Below are positions 28,201-40,852 of a stretch of 64,000 nucleotides of DNA, piece by piece; within the stretch, counting starts at the first letter, position 1, and every line of letters starts with the position of its first letter. The notes beneath the pieces were generated by a model that made no database searches, had not been told where the DNA came from, and was given only the letters and a program-made list of their open reading frames with translations. Made by a program: the position numbers and the translations under genes. The DNA comes from Macrostomum hystrix (taxonomy: Eukaryota; Animalia; Platyhelminthes). The stretch covers positions 7,502,001-7,566,000 of the forward strand of contig CATNEN010000003.1 of assembly GCA_950097015.1 (NCBI GenBank), read 5' to 3'.

Positions 28201-29001
28201 TATTTTCTAAAATTATATAAAATCATTATTATAGTTTTTATTTCAAATAAGGTCATGATTTTTTCTTCATTTTGCTATACTTCTAGCTTACTATAATAAT
28301 TAGTAATTAAAAAACTTTTCCATTTTTAGTTATTTGCTATTTAAATTCTGTAAAATAAAATGTTTTTGGTATCTAAAGTTTATAAAATAATTGAAAAATA
28401 AATGGAAGACAATAAGAAAGAACTACTATTATTAGTTCTTTCAAAAGAACTACTATTATTGGAGCTGTAGCCTCAAAATATTTTGTAATGGTTTATTTCA
28501 GCCAACAATTATATCGATAACAGCATTAGCTATGTTAAAAATTTAGGCCAGTCTTGCCAGCTTCCTAGTCAATGTACCTCGTACAGACTAAACAGTTGTA
28601 CATAGCATTTTGGAAATGCCATTCAATAGCTGCAGATATGTCACTGGCTGCACTTCTGCTCTAATTTAAATCTTGTTTTTATCTAGATGCTTTATATTGT
28701 TAGATTTCATTCATCATTATACTCGTATGAGTATTGTAGAGAAGTTTTTAAAGACATTTATATACACTCTTTACTAAAATCCTACGAATTGTATAGTCTG
28801 TTCTCAAAACATTTTGCATTTCTTTAAAGGTTTAATTTACTAACTATAATTTTTATTATTATGAAACCATATTATCTATATGTTTAATCTAATTGTATAA
28901 ATTACAATAAGTGCTTAGTTTTTATCTGACAATTTATAGAACTAAACTTAAAGAGATAGTGAAAAAAACTAAAAATATAACATTTCAGGTATTTATTTAC
29001 A

Positions 29002-32000
29002 ATGGATGGTGCAACTGTACTTGCTCAAGCTCTGCATTCTCAGGTTTGTAATATCTAGTTAGTTTTTTGTATTTTCTTTAAAATAGTAAAATAAGTACAA
29101 ACATCGTTTTAGAATAAACAATTTTAAACCAATTTTACAACTTCTAGGGCATCGAGTATGCATTTGGCGTTGTTGGCATTCCTGTTGTTGAAGTGGCTGT
29201 CGCTTTTCAAGCTATCGGTATAAAATTTGTTGCCATGCGTAATGAACAGTCTGTAAGTCTGTTGTGACAAAAGAAAATAGTAAATGGTTTTTGCATTGGT
29301 TAATTTATTAATTTGCGTCTTTTAAAACACTCTCAGGCATCTTATGCAGCTTCTGCTATTGGTTACCTGACTGGAAAGTGAGAGCAAAGCTATATTAATT
29401 TAGAAATGAAAATCTAGCTTTCATTGATCTTGAGTAAATTGAAATTGCAGACCCGGAGTTTGTCTAGTCGTGTCTGGTCCAGGCTATGTCCATGCTCTAG
29501 CTGGCCTTTCGAATGCCAATGAAAATTGCTGGTAATAATTTATTTACCTACTGCCTATTTTTGCTTAACCTCAAATCTTCATTTTAGGACTGAAATGCCT
29601 CTTAACTTATCAATTTTGTGACACTAAAATCACCGATAGCCAAGACCCAAGTTTAGAACACTGAAATCCCAGGTTATCCCAAATCCTCAAGTTTAGAACG
29701 CCGTAATTCCAGAATCTAGATCCTCAGGTAATCTAGATCCTCAGGTAATCTAGATCCTCAGGTAATCTAGATCCTCAGGTAATCTAGATCCTCAGGTAAT
29801 CTAGATCCTCAGGTAATCTAGATCCTCAGGTAATCTAGATCCTCAGGTAATCTAGATCCTCAGGTAAACTAGATCCTCAGGTAATCTAGATCCTCAGGTA
29901 ATCTAGATCCTCAGGTAATCTAGATCCTCAGGTAATCTAGATCCTCAGGTAAACTAGATCCTCAGGTAATCTAGATCCTCAGGTACACTAGATCCTCAGG
30001 CAATCTAGATCCTCAGGTAATCTAGATCCTCAGGTAAACTAGATCCTCAGGTAATCTAGATCCTCAGGTACACTAGATCCTCAGGTAATCTAGATCCTCA
30101 GGTTTATAACACCAAAATCCAAAATCCCAGATCCCCAGTTTGAGGCACCAAAATCCCAGATTCCCAGTTTGAGGCACCAAAATCCCAGATCCCCAGTTTG
30201 AGACACCAAAATCCCAGATCCCCAGTCTAAGGCAAAAATCCTAGATCCCCAGTCTAAGAAGCCAAAATCCTAGGTCCTTAGTTTGAGACAACAAAACCCC
30301 AGATCCTCAGTCTGAGATACAAAAATCCCAGATCCTCAGTCTGAGATACAAAAATCCCAGATCCTCAGTCTGAGATACAAAAATCCCAGATCCTCAGTCT
30401 GAGATACAAAAATCCCAGATCCTCAGTCTGAGATACAAAAATCCCAGATCCTCAGTCTGAGATACAAAAATCCCAGATCCTCAGTCTGAGATACAAAAAT
30501 CCCAGATCCTCAGTCTGAGATACAAAAATCCCAGATCCCCAGCCCGAGAAGCTGAAACCCTAAATACTCTATTTCAAGGCACTCAATTTTACCGTATCGA
30601 AAAGTGAGGATTTTTTCAAATAAAACCCGTACTCAATCAATATCTTCATTGCCACAAGGCCGCTAATCGTAATTGGCGGCTCCAGTGATTCACACCTGGA
30701 CGGCAGCGAAGCGTTTCAAGAATTTCCTCAGGTAGCCTCGGCTGCAAGGTTTTGCAAATACTCGGCTAGACTGCCTTCCATTGCTCGAATTCCTCATTTT
30801 GTACACAAGGTGCGCATTTGGTTTAATTAATTAGATCTTTTTTCTGTCTGAATTCCGCTATAAACGAATGTCTCCATTTAATGTAGGCCGTCAAGGAGGC
30901 TACCTACGGCCGCCCTGGCGCTGTTTATCTTGACTTTCCCGGCGACTTTGTGACGTCATCCGTGGACGCCGACGAGATCCAGTAATTAGTCATTATTTCG
31001 ATATTACCTGGATTTTGATGGAATGAAAAGGGCAGTGGGATTTTTTTATTTTAGGGAGATCGTGAAATAAATCAGTTTAGAGACAATTTCGATACAGCTC
31101 TGAGTTTGCAGCCCAGTGGTTACAGCGTCACGCTCTTGACTTGGTGGTTCAGGGTTCGATTCCTGACAGCATAGCTTCTCTGTACACCCTGAACAGCTGT
31201 ACACAGCCCCATCAGGGCAAGAGTGGGATTATTCTGAGACTAGGAATTCTTGAAGGTCGGGGGTTCGATTCCCGACTCCATTGGAACAATTTGCGTCCTT
31301 TAGCAAGACACTTAGCTCTGCATTGCTTCAGTTCACCCAGCTGTTAAATGGGTACCAGCATCAGCTGGGGTAATTGAGAGTGGGTGTGGCGTCCACCCAG
31401 TCCATGGACTGAACAGCCGTACGCAGCCTTCTGATGCGCCGCGCATTAGCTGCGGCTGTGCTGTCGGCTGCACATCTGGCCCGATTCGGACACCAGGTGT
31501 AATAAATAGTACAAATTAAAAAAAGCAGATCCTCATCTGCTTGAATTATTTATCTAATTCTTCAAGATAAATATTTCAAGAAGCATTTTGCCACTCTTAT
31601 CTCCCAGATATCCGCCGCTGCTGCCGCCGCCGCCGGTCGTTTTATCGGATCCAGACAGCGTGCGTCGAGCAGTCGAACTGCTTCGCTCGGCCCACCGTCC
31701 GCTTGTCATCGTCGGCAAAGGCGCCGCTTACGCCAGGGCCGAAGGATCGATTCGCGAGTTTCTAGAAGCCAGCCAACTGCCGTTTCTAGCCACACCCATG
31801 GGCAAAGGCGTGGCCAGCGATCAGCACTCTAACTGCGTGTCAGCTGCTAGAACACGAGCTTTGAAGTCTGCCGACGTTGTTCTGCTGCTGGGCGCCAGGC
31901 TGAATTGGATTCTGCACTTTGGCCGACCACCGCGATGGTCGGCAGATGTCAAGCTTATCCAGGTGTGTTAAGATCCGGGTTGTTTATAAAACTACTGGGT

Positions 32001-35000
32001 GTTTATGAAGCTACTGGGTGTTTATGAAGATACTGGGTGTTTATGAAGATACTGGGTGTTTATGAAGATACTGGGTGTTTATGAAGCTACTGGGTGTTTA
32101 TGAAGATACTGGGTGTTTATGAAGCTACTGGGTGTTTATGAAGCTACTGGGTGTTTATGAAGCTACTGGGTGTTTATGAAGATACTGGGTGTTTATGAAG
32201 ATACTGGGTGTTTATGAAGCTACTGGGTGTTTATGAAGCTACTGGGTGTTTATGAAGCTACTGGGTGTTTATGAAGATACTGGGTGTTTATGAAGATACT
32301 GGGTGTTTATGAAGATACTGGGTGTTTATGAAGCTACTGGGTGTTTATGAAGATACTGGGTGTTTATGAAGATACTGGGTGTTTATGAAGATACTGGGTG
32401 TTTATGAAGATACTGGGTGTTTATGAAGATACTGGGTGTTTATGAAGATACTGGGTGTTTATGAAGATACTGGGTGTTTATGAAGATACTGGGTGTTTAT
32501 GAAGATACTGGGTGTTTATGAAGATACTGGGTGTTTATGAAGCTACTGGGTGTTTATGAAGATACTGGGTGTTTATGAAGCTACTGGGTGTTTATGAAGC
32601 TACTGGGTGTTTATGAAGCTACTGGGTGTTTATGAAGCTACTGGGTGTTTATGAAGATACTGGGTGTTTATGAAGCTACTGGGTGTTTATGAAGCTACTG
32701 GGTGTTTATGAAGCTACTGGGTGTTTATGAAGATACTGGGTGTTTATGAAGATACTGGGTGTTTATGAAGCTACTGGGTGTTTATGAAGATACTGGGTGT
32801 TTATGAAGCTACTGGGTGTTTATGAAGCTACTGGGTGTTTATGAAGATACTGGGTGTTTATGAAGATACTGGGTGTTTATGAAGATACTGGGTGTTTATG
32901 AAGCTACTGGGTGTTTATGAAGATACTGGGTGTTTATGAATATACTGGGTGTTTATGAAGATACTGGGTGTTTATGAAGATACTGGGTGTTTATGAAGAT
33001 ACTGGGTGTTTATGAAGCTACTGGGTGTTTATGAAGATACTGGGTGTTTATGAATATACTGGGTGTTTATGAAGATACTGGGTGTTTATGAAGATACTGG
33101 GTGTTTATGAAGATACTGGGTGTTTATGAAGCTACTGGGTGTTTATGAAGATACTGGGTGTTTATGAAGCTACTGGGTGTTTATGAAGATACTGGGTGTT
33201 TATGAAGCTACTGGGTGTTTATGAAGCTACTGGGTGTTTATAAAACTACTGGGTGTTTATGAAGATACTGGGTGTTTATAAAACTACTGGGTGTTTATGA
33301 AGCTACTGGGTGTTTATAAAACTACTGGGTGTTTATGAAGATACTGGGTGTTTATGAAGCTACTGGGTGTTTATGAAGCTACTGGGTGTTTATGAAGCTA
33401 CTAGGTTTTTATGAAACTACTGGGTGTTTATGAAGCTACTGGGTGTTTATGAAGCTACTAGTGTGATAATGAAGCTACTAGGTGTTTATGAAGCTACTGG
33501 GTGTTTATGAAGCTACTGGGTGTTTATGAAGATACTGGGTGTTTATAAAGCTACAATGTGTTTAGGAAGATCCACGGTGGTTTCTGAAGATTATAGAGGC
33601 TTATGAAAATCCAATTTTTAAGTCGTTTGTTCAGATCCAGTATGGTTATGAAGATGCCGGGTGTTTATGAAGATACTGGGTGTTTATGGAGATCTGCTGT
33701 GATATTTGTGGTTCTTACCTTAATACCTAGACCTAGACCCAAGGTCTAATAGCAAAAAAATATATAATTCTTGTATTTTATAAATTTTCTCAAAGAATCA
33801 ATCATTTCTACGCATTTTGTATGCATACATACTCGTAGATACACAAAATAAGCATTGTTACATACTTGTGAAGTTGTAAAAAAGTAAAGCTGATATATTG
33901 TTTGGAAAGCTAAAAGCTAAACATGTCATAGCACAGCAGAAGTGGATTTTATAATAATGTTTAGCAAAGTGTTGAGTTAAGCTAACTCTCAATCAATGAT
34001 TTGCAAATCGCGTATTAGTAAATACAACAAAAATTATATTATTTCTTAGAAAACGAACATTTTATCGTTTTGTCTAGTTAAAGTAGTATGATACATATGT
34101 AAAGAGTTAAATAAGTTATATTTTTTAAGAAATATCACGGACGGATGATATGAAAATATCATTAAGTATTGTTTTCTAAGCCAAGTAAAAAATTAGAATT
34201 CTATTTCCCCTAAAAAAGAATAGGAACAATAAAACTTGTGCAAAATAGCAACAAACGACCTATAGACTAGATTAAAAAAGAAGGCCTCTTTAAAACTAAA
34301 ATCAGTTGCTATCACGCAGCAACTTTGTTGATCAGGTGTGATAGACTTTGATTACATCCTGTATTGGCTGGCGACAAACAGGGCAAAAATCACGCCTAGA
34401 ATGCAGCAATTGAGCACAGGTGCAGCAGAGGGCCAGGTGGTGACACGGAGACAGCAGGCAGTCTCTGGCACGATCCAGACAGATGGCACACTCTGACTGC
34501 TGCTGATGCTGCAGCTGCTGTTGCATCTGCTGATATTGCAGCAGCTGATGTTGATGCGTCTGGTGCTGACTGTGATTGCCGCTGCCGCCGCCACCGCCGC
34601 CCCAACTCAAACCGAGTGCTGGCACGCTGGGCGCGTGCTCAGACCTACCCAGTCCCGAGCTGAGCTGCAGCTGCTCAAGGACTGCTCGCTTGCGTTCCTC
34701 TCGCTGCTCCTCGTTTAAGATGAGAGGATTGCCGCCGCTGCGAAAGAACAGAGTCTTGCCCATGTCTTCTAGGAGGCGGCGGACACGCTCCGTGGTGGCG
34801 GACGATGTTTCGCGGCTTGGGTTAATTTCGACCTTTAAGGGAAAATGACGAATCCTAACGATTATTCATAGTTGCCAACCACCAAAGGTGGATTTCAACC
34901 ACCAGACCTTCAGGGCATCTCCTGTCTTAACCACCAGACCTTCAGGGCATCTCCTGTCTTAACCACCAGACCTTCAGGGAATCTCCTGTCTTAACCACCA

Positions 35001-38000
35001 GACCTTCAGGGCATCTCCTGTCTTAACCACCAGACCTTCAGGGCATCTCCTGTCTTAACCGCCGGACCTTCAGGGCATCTGCTGTCTCAACCGCCGGACC
35101 TTCAGGGCATCTGCTGTCTCAACCGCCGGACCTTCAGGGCATCTGCTGTCTCAACCACCAGACCTTCAGGGCATCTGCTGTCTCAGCCACCAGACCTTCA
35201 GGGCATTTCCTATTTCAACCATCAGACCTTCAGGGCATTTCGTATTTCAACCGCCAGACCTTCAGGGCATCGCGTATTTCAACCGCCAGATATTCAGGGC
35301 ATCCCTATTTTAACTATCTGACCATCAGGGCATTTCCTGTCTCAACCATCAGACCTTCAGGGCATCTGCTGTCTCAACCACCAGACCTTCAGGGCATCTC
35401 CTGTCTCAACCATCAGACCTTCAGGGCATCTGCTGTCTCAACCACCAGACCTTCAGGGCATATCCTGTCTCAACCACCAGACCTTCAGGACATCTGCGAT
35501 ATCAAATAGCAGACCTTCAGGGCATTAACTATTTCAACCAATAAGATCTTCAGGACAAGATATGATTCATTTAGATCATTGATTAATTAAATTAAATTAA
35601 ATAAATAAATGTCATTAATTTCAATTCGACATGCTTCGTCTATTGACAAATTATTGCAAAGTCACTTGTGAAAAAGTAGCAGACAAAATCACCTCACCTC
35701 AGGTATATAATAGACTGGGAACAGAAATCTCAATCCTAGGCAGCGCTCCCGTTTGGCACACCTGGAGAACACCTCATTGACATCCAGGTGAAGCGTGTTA
35801 CTGCTGATCACAGCATCTGGCTGACACAGATGACTCACTTTCTCCAATAGGTCAGATTTGACTTCAAGATTGTCGTGCACAGCTTCAAAGATAAATTCGG
35901 CGTCTGACACGGTCTCTTCTAGGCGAGAGAGACAGAGAACTTGGCCCGGGAAGGCGCCCTGAATTAGCAGGCCCTCCCGCAGCAGCTCCTGCTTGTCCTC
36001 CTCCATTCGCTGATAGGCGCTGTTTAACACCTCGGCGTTGCTGTCGGTCATTTTTACTCGGTGACCCTGACGAGCTAGCTCGCCGGCGATCTTGCAGCCC
36101 ATTAGGCCACAGCCAATCACGGCGCATTTCACCATCGCTTTGATTGTTAGCTTCCGATTTAGTTCAATTTCGAAAGTCCTAGAGCTCCACGACTGGCAAC
36201 TGTAGAATGCGGTCTATGCAACTAATTTGGCCCGTTTGTAAATGCTGGCTGCACGGCTTGTTGAGGATCATTGCAGATAGACGGAGAGAGATACGAAATG
36301 GACCAATGGGTATGAAAGGCATGAAAGGGGTGGGTAGGAACTCTCTTACCCCCTCGCTCTGTACAGCAGCAGCAGCTAACAGCGCCAGACCCATGATACC
36401 CAGCCCACACGACGAGGTCGATAGAGTTTTCTGGCGGGGCAGTCGTACAACTGACTACTGGCTGCTCTAAGTGCTCGTTCCTCAGATATTTTTGGCGAGA
36501 ATGTACTCAGCCTATTCTCGTACATTATTGAGTGTACTCATTTTGAATTGCAATTCGTAGGAGTTTTTCTACTTATAGTAGAATAAAACATATGCCTTTT
36601 TTCTAATTCTTTTAGGTGGACATTCATCCCGAAGAGTTTCACACCAATGTCAACTGTCAGGTGGCATTGTGCGGCAGTGTTCACGCTGTTGTGGAACAGG
36701 TAAGAACCTAAAAGTTTTAAGGAAGCTTTTAGTCTGGCGCTTGGTCCGCACAAACTTGGTTAGGCGGATAAACTAGCGTAACTTCAAAAAGCTGTGTACA
36801 GGCTGTCAGTCTGTGGACTGTAAATGCCGCAACACCCCATTGGTTTGAGCGCGAACCACTAGAAGTTGAAGGACAGGTCATGGTAAATAACTTTCTTAGA
36901 AGCAGTTTGGAATGTTTAGGAGACTACAGATACTTACTCCATTCTCAGATCAATTATTAACTTTAATTTAGTAAATAGTAGTAAAATTACTAATAGTAGT
37001 AATAAAAGTAGTAATAATAGTAATAATAGTAGTAATAATAGTAGTAGTAATAGTAGTAATCGTAGTAATAATATTAGTAATAAATATTAGTAATAATTAT
37101 AGTAATAAATAGTAGTAAAATTAATAAATTTAGTAAAATTACTTTCTACCCTTCCGCCATAATTATTAACGTAGGCCTATCCCAAAAAATAAAAAAGTGA
37201 AAGTTAAAATTAAAACTATGTTATAATTTTTTCTAAGAAACGCAGATTCCCGCCCAGATTCGAACTCTTGACCTCTCAGTTGAATTGAATAGTGAAATCT
37301 CCCGCAGCTTGTGTCGGCCTTGAATGGTTTCCGATTTGCTACGGAGAGTGACTGGTGGCGCGAACTAAACGAGGCCTCAGCGGCGAATCGAACTCGAGTC
37401 GAAAATTTGGTCGCAGCCGGTCAGACAGTGCCAATGACTTATTATTCGGCGCTGAACGAGTTGGCGCAGTTTCTAGACAGCAGCGACCAGGACTGGCTCA
37501 TTGTTAGCGAAGGCGCCAACACTATGGACATTGGAAGGGCTATGCTGCCTAACAAGCTGGCCAGGAGGCGGTTGGTTAGTTTGGGGCTGGAATCTGCTAG
37601 TGGTGAATTATCATTTTTCGATACATTTCGGGATTCCCATTTTATCCTCATTCCCACACTTATCCCATTCCAAACTTATCCCATTTCAATACTTATCCCC
37701 AATCCCATACTATTCCCCAATCCCATTGGGATGTTTTTAAGACACTACTTGTCCCAATCCTGTCATGAATCCCAAATCCCATATGCATCTCCGTCTTCAG
37801 TTTATCCGTATCGCATTTTATCTCAATCCTCTTCAACTTCCATGTTTAACACAGTCCTATTCTGCAGATCCTATAATTTTTGTGATTTCCTCCGCAGGAT
37901 GCGGGCACATTCGGCACAATGGGTGTGGGTCTCGGCTTCGCAGCCGCCGCCGACCTCTGCCGAGGCGACGCCCGAGCTGCTCACAGTCGGGTGCTGTGCC

Positions 38001-38506
38001 TGGAAGGCGACTCGGCCATCGGGTTCTCGCTAGCGGAGCTCGAGACCCTAGTCCGCTATCGCATGCCCATACTGCTGGTTGTCATCAACAATTCGGGCAT
38101 CTATTCAGGAGTTCCAGCTGACATAGTTCAGCAGCTACTACAGCAGGCCGAACAAGCTTCGCCGACATTGCCAGCCGCGGCCGCACTGGCTCTCCGTCTG
38201 CCAGCGACTTCGTTGAGCACCGAGTGTCGCTACGATCTGGTAGCCGAAGCGCTCGGCGGTTTCGGTCGGCTAGTTCGCAGCGTCCAGGAGCTGCGATCGG
38301 CGCTGGCCGAATTCGTTGAAGTGCGCGACAGGCCCTGCCTGATCAATGTCATCATCGACACCGGAGCCGAAAGGAAGCAGCAGGTGAGATTGCTGTTTTT
38401 TTCTACCCTAATTTCTAATATCAAGGTATAGTAAAGTTTATCTGCAAATTCGTTTCTAATTTTTAATTTCCAGGAGTTCGACTGGCTTTCTAGATCAAAG
38501 CTCTAA
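29002..38506 (+). CDS. HACL1: 2-hydroxyacyl-CoA lyase 1 (TPP-dependent, peroxisomal). Exons 29002-29043, 29148-29252, 29337-29377, 29451-29531, 30659-30809, 30887-30981, 31608-31962, 36616-36699, 37308-37574, 37898-38383, 38474-38506
   Basis: Spliced frame gives [134 protein letters not shown]. All junctions are GT-AG and in phase; the C-terminal SKL is a PTS1. Confidence 0.96.
29712..30103. repeat. 17-bp minisatellite (aatctagatcctcaggt)n in HACL1 intron 4
   Basis: About 23 tandem units. Confidence 0.96.
30110..30545. repeat. 29-bp minisatellite (aaaatcccagatcctcagtctgagataca)n
   Basis: Tandem units; shares the agatcctcag core with the adjacent 17-mer. Confidence 0.93.
31105..31505 (+). 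mobile_element. tRNA-derived SINE, family 1 (CORE-like body), with two successive B-box heads
   Basis: ggttcgattcc at 31153 and 31262; the body cctttagcaagacacttagctctgcattgcttcagttcacccagctgttaaatgggtacc matches 60590-60655. Confidence 0.8.
31978..33560. repeat. 19-bp minisatellite (tttatgaagatactgggtg)n at the start of HACL1 intron 7
   Basis: About 80 tandem units with two interspersed variants (aagat/aagct). Confidence 0.97.
34332..36135 (-). CDS. Nested gene: 3-hydroxyacyl-CoA dehydrogenase-like NAD-binding domain fused to a C-terminal C3HC4 RING finger, 312 aa. Exons 36135-35698 and 34832-34332
   Basis: GCGLMG Rossmann motif, [16 protein letters not shown]. The phase-0 splice GAG|gtgagg...cccttaaag|GTC restores PVYYIPE|[19 protein letters not shown]. 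The frame continues through a polyQ linker to [37 protein letters not shown]. Confidence 0.9.
34895..35545. repeat. 32-bp minisatellite (aaccaccagaccttcagggcatctcctgtctt)n filling the nested gene's intron
   Basis: About 20 tandem units. Confidence 0.95.
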
Positions 38507-40339
38507 AAATGGTGCTGCTGACAAACAACGAGACAAAAGGCATAGAAATTCATCCTTGACTTACTCGTAGAAGATCGTTTAATTATTTCGATTTCTCTCT
38601 GAAACCTATTTAACATTTCCTTAATTGACTAGCTTTTTGACTGTTGCTGAAGTAGTTGATTTGTTATATCGTGCCAATTGGATGATAATTTTACATTCTT
38701 TACCAGATTTAAAAAGTACATTGTCTGACCTAGGAACCCGCGATTATTTTGGAAGTTCATGGTAATTGATTTTATATCATTTTCCTGATTGTAAAAATGG
38801 ACTAGAGGTCTGTGGCTTATTCTCTGCAGTTTTTATTATATCAATTGTACTATGGTTATGACTATACATATTATGTACCTACTATTAATATTACAGTCTA
38901 GCAAGGGGCGACTTGCATTAGAAGACGACGTATATTGTAGAAGAGAAACGTGGCTATGATCCGGCAGGATCAGTAAATAAATAAAAATCTGAATATCACC
39001 ATGAAGTTAAGTCGTTTTGAGCGTAAGAAACATCTTATTAATTACTAGTAGTATTTTTCATCTGGTGATTAACTACCTAACTTAGTTAGGATAATTTTCA
39101 GTGGCGTTACTCTGTTTTATTCGTGTAGAAATTACTCTAAAGGCTTTCTCTAAATACTTTAAATATTAAATATCACGTACTGATTAGTTAAACTTAATTT
39201 CTAAAAAACATAGTATTACGGCTTTCAAAGACAGTAAGTGTTACACTTTATGCTCTTCGATTTCGGAACATCTGTTCGGTTCTAACTGCAGAATAAACAC
39301 TGACATCGATAAACGCTAAAACCGTAAGTTACGTATTATAACAAAGCGTTTTGTTGGACTAGGTAAATTTTGCTTAAAATTTACCAAAGTTATATAAAAA
39401 TATTTAATAATACTTTCTCTTTTTTTATATACATTATTTTAATAATTTTAAAGCAAATAAAGTTTTCGTTTTTACATTATTCATGATGTGTAGAACTTAC
39501 TAAACAAATGATTTTTACTTCCACATTTCCACTTCATATCAATATATCGCCGTTGTCACGCATAGAATAGGGGTTTCTAGTTTCTCTTTACCTAAACTCT
39601 TTATAAAAAAAATAGTAAGTAACATCATGCTGAAATATTATGACATAAAAGAAGTGAAAGCACGACATCGCAGCATGTTTAAAATAAAATTGGCTTTTAA
39701 AGTTCTGCTCTGAACACTCTCCACGACCACGTCCACTAAACAGTTTTTATGACAAGGTCGCGTTTTGGCGACTTTTAAAATACTTTAGAACATTTTAAAG
39801 TGTTAAAGTGAAAGTGAATGACTATATGACTATATGACTAAAAGTGAATTAAAAATTCTTGCATTTTCATAAAACAATAAAAAATCTTTCATATTTGAAC
39901 ATTTGCTATCTTAACATAGTTGGCCATAAATTCATATCCTTGATTTTTTTGAAACTCTCGAGTATATAAGTCATCAATCGGTCATACACGACTTATATAC
40001 TTGTGCTTCAGTATAAAGAAAATTACCGAAAGAAATACAGAAAGAAAGTTTAAATTAAAAAACAACACCTGCATTTAACTAGATATTAGGTAAATGTTTA
40101 ATATGAATTAAAAAAAACTATGTATAGTGTATGCAACCAAAAGGCAGTCTAGGAAAATGCTGAAAAACATTTTGCTATATATATTATCAATTTATTTATT
40201 TGTATATGTATTGGATATATATTTGAATATATATTGATTATCTGAATGTTCCATACTTCTTCTATTTTTTAGTACAGCTGCCAGATGGTTTTTTTATTCC
40301 AGCCAACACATTCAGTGAAATTTGTCTTCTGGTTCCATA

Positions 40340-40852
40340 ATGTATTCTGTAGCTGCAACCTCAGCTTTGACTGCCCTAGCTTTGATTCTGGTGTTCTCAT
40401 CTAGCTTAGCAGTCTGTTTTGTCTGCATGCGGTTATCTGGAAGGAGACGGTACAAGCCAACTGATCCCAATGAAATCAACCAAGTGATTCTGCCTTCTTC
40501 TGCCAAGGCTAGACAGACAACTCTGAACTCTCAGACTGGTCAATCGAAAATTGGACAGCTTCTAGCCAACTTGTCATTACAGAGAAAGCTTGCATATCAA
40601 CATCAACGGCCTGATGATTTCATAGTTGATTGTGCAAATCAATCTACAAACTGTCATGACAACATGGCTTTCAATACTATGGAAGCTCAGCAGCTTCAAC
40701 CAGCTGCTGTTGATAGCATCAACAGTGGCAGCAGATTCAACTTCGATAACTATTCTAGTGCATCATTTCAAAGATTTTTTAATCAGGGCCTTCATCACAG
40801 TTTTTACACATCCACAGCAGCTTATGTGAACAGCAAAGAGAGCGAACTTTGA
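40340..40852 (+). CDS. Uncharacterised protein with one N-terminal hydrophobic anchor, 170 aa
   Basis: ATG at 40340; hydrophobic stretch ALTALALILVFSSSLAVCFVCM followed by basic RLSGRRRYK; open frame inside very AT-rich DNA; AATAAA near 41052. Confidence 0.55.
   Translation: MYSVAATSALTALALILVFSSSLAVCFVCMRLSGRRRYKPTDPNEINQVILPSSAKARQTTLNSQTGQSKIGQLLANLSLQRKLAYQHQRPDDFIVDCANQSTNCHDNMAFNTMEAQQLQPAAVDSINSGSRFNFDNYSSASFQRFFNQGLHHSFYTSTAAYVNSKESEL

Noticed and set aside
36970-37140. (tag/taa)n AT-rich stretch as a structured element
   Set aside because: Simple degenerate microsatellite in HACL1 intron 8.
37575-37897. ORF 37311-38033 reading through HACL1 intron 9
   Set aside because: HACL1 homology requires splicing 37574 to 37898 (RRRL|DAGTFG); the read-through portion is low-complexity intron.
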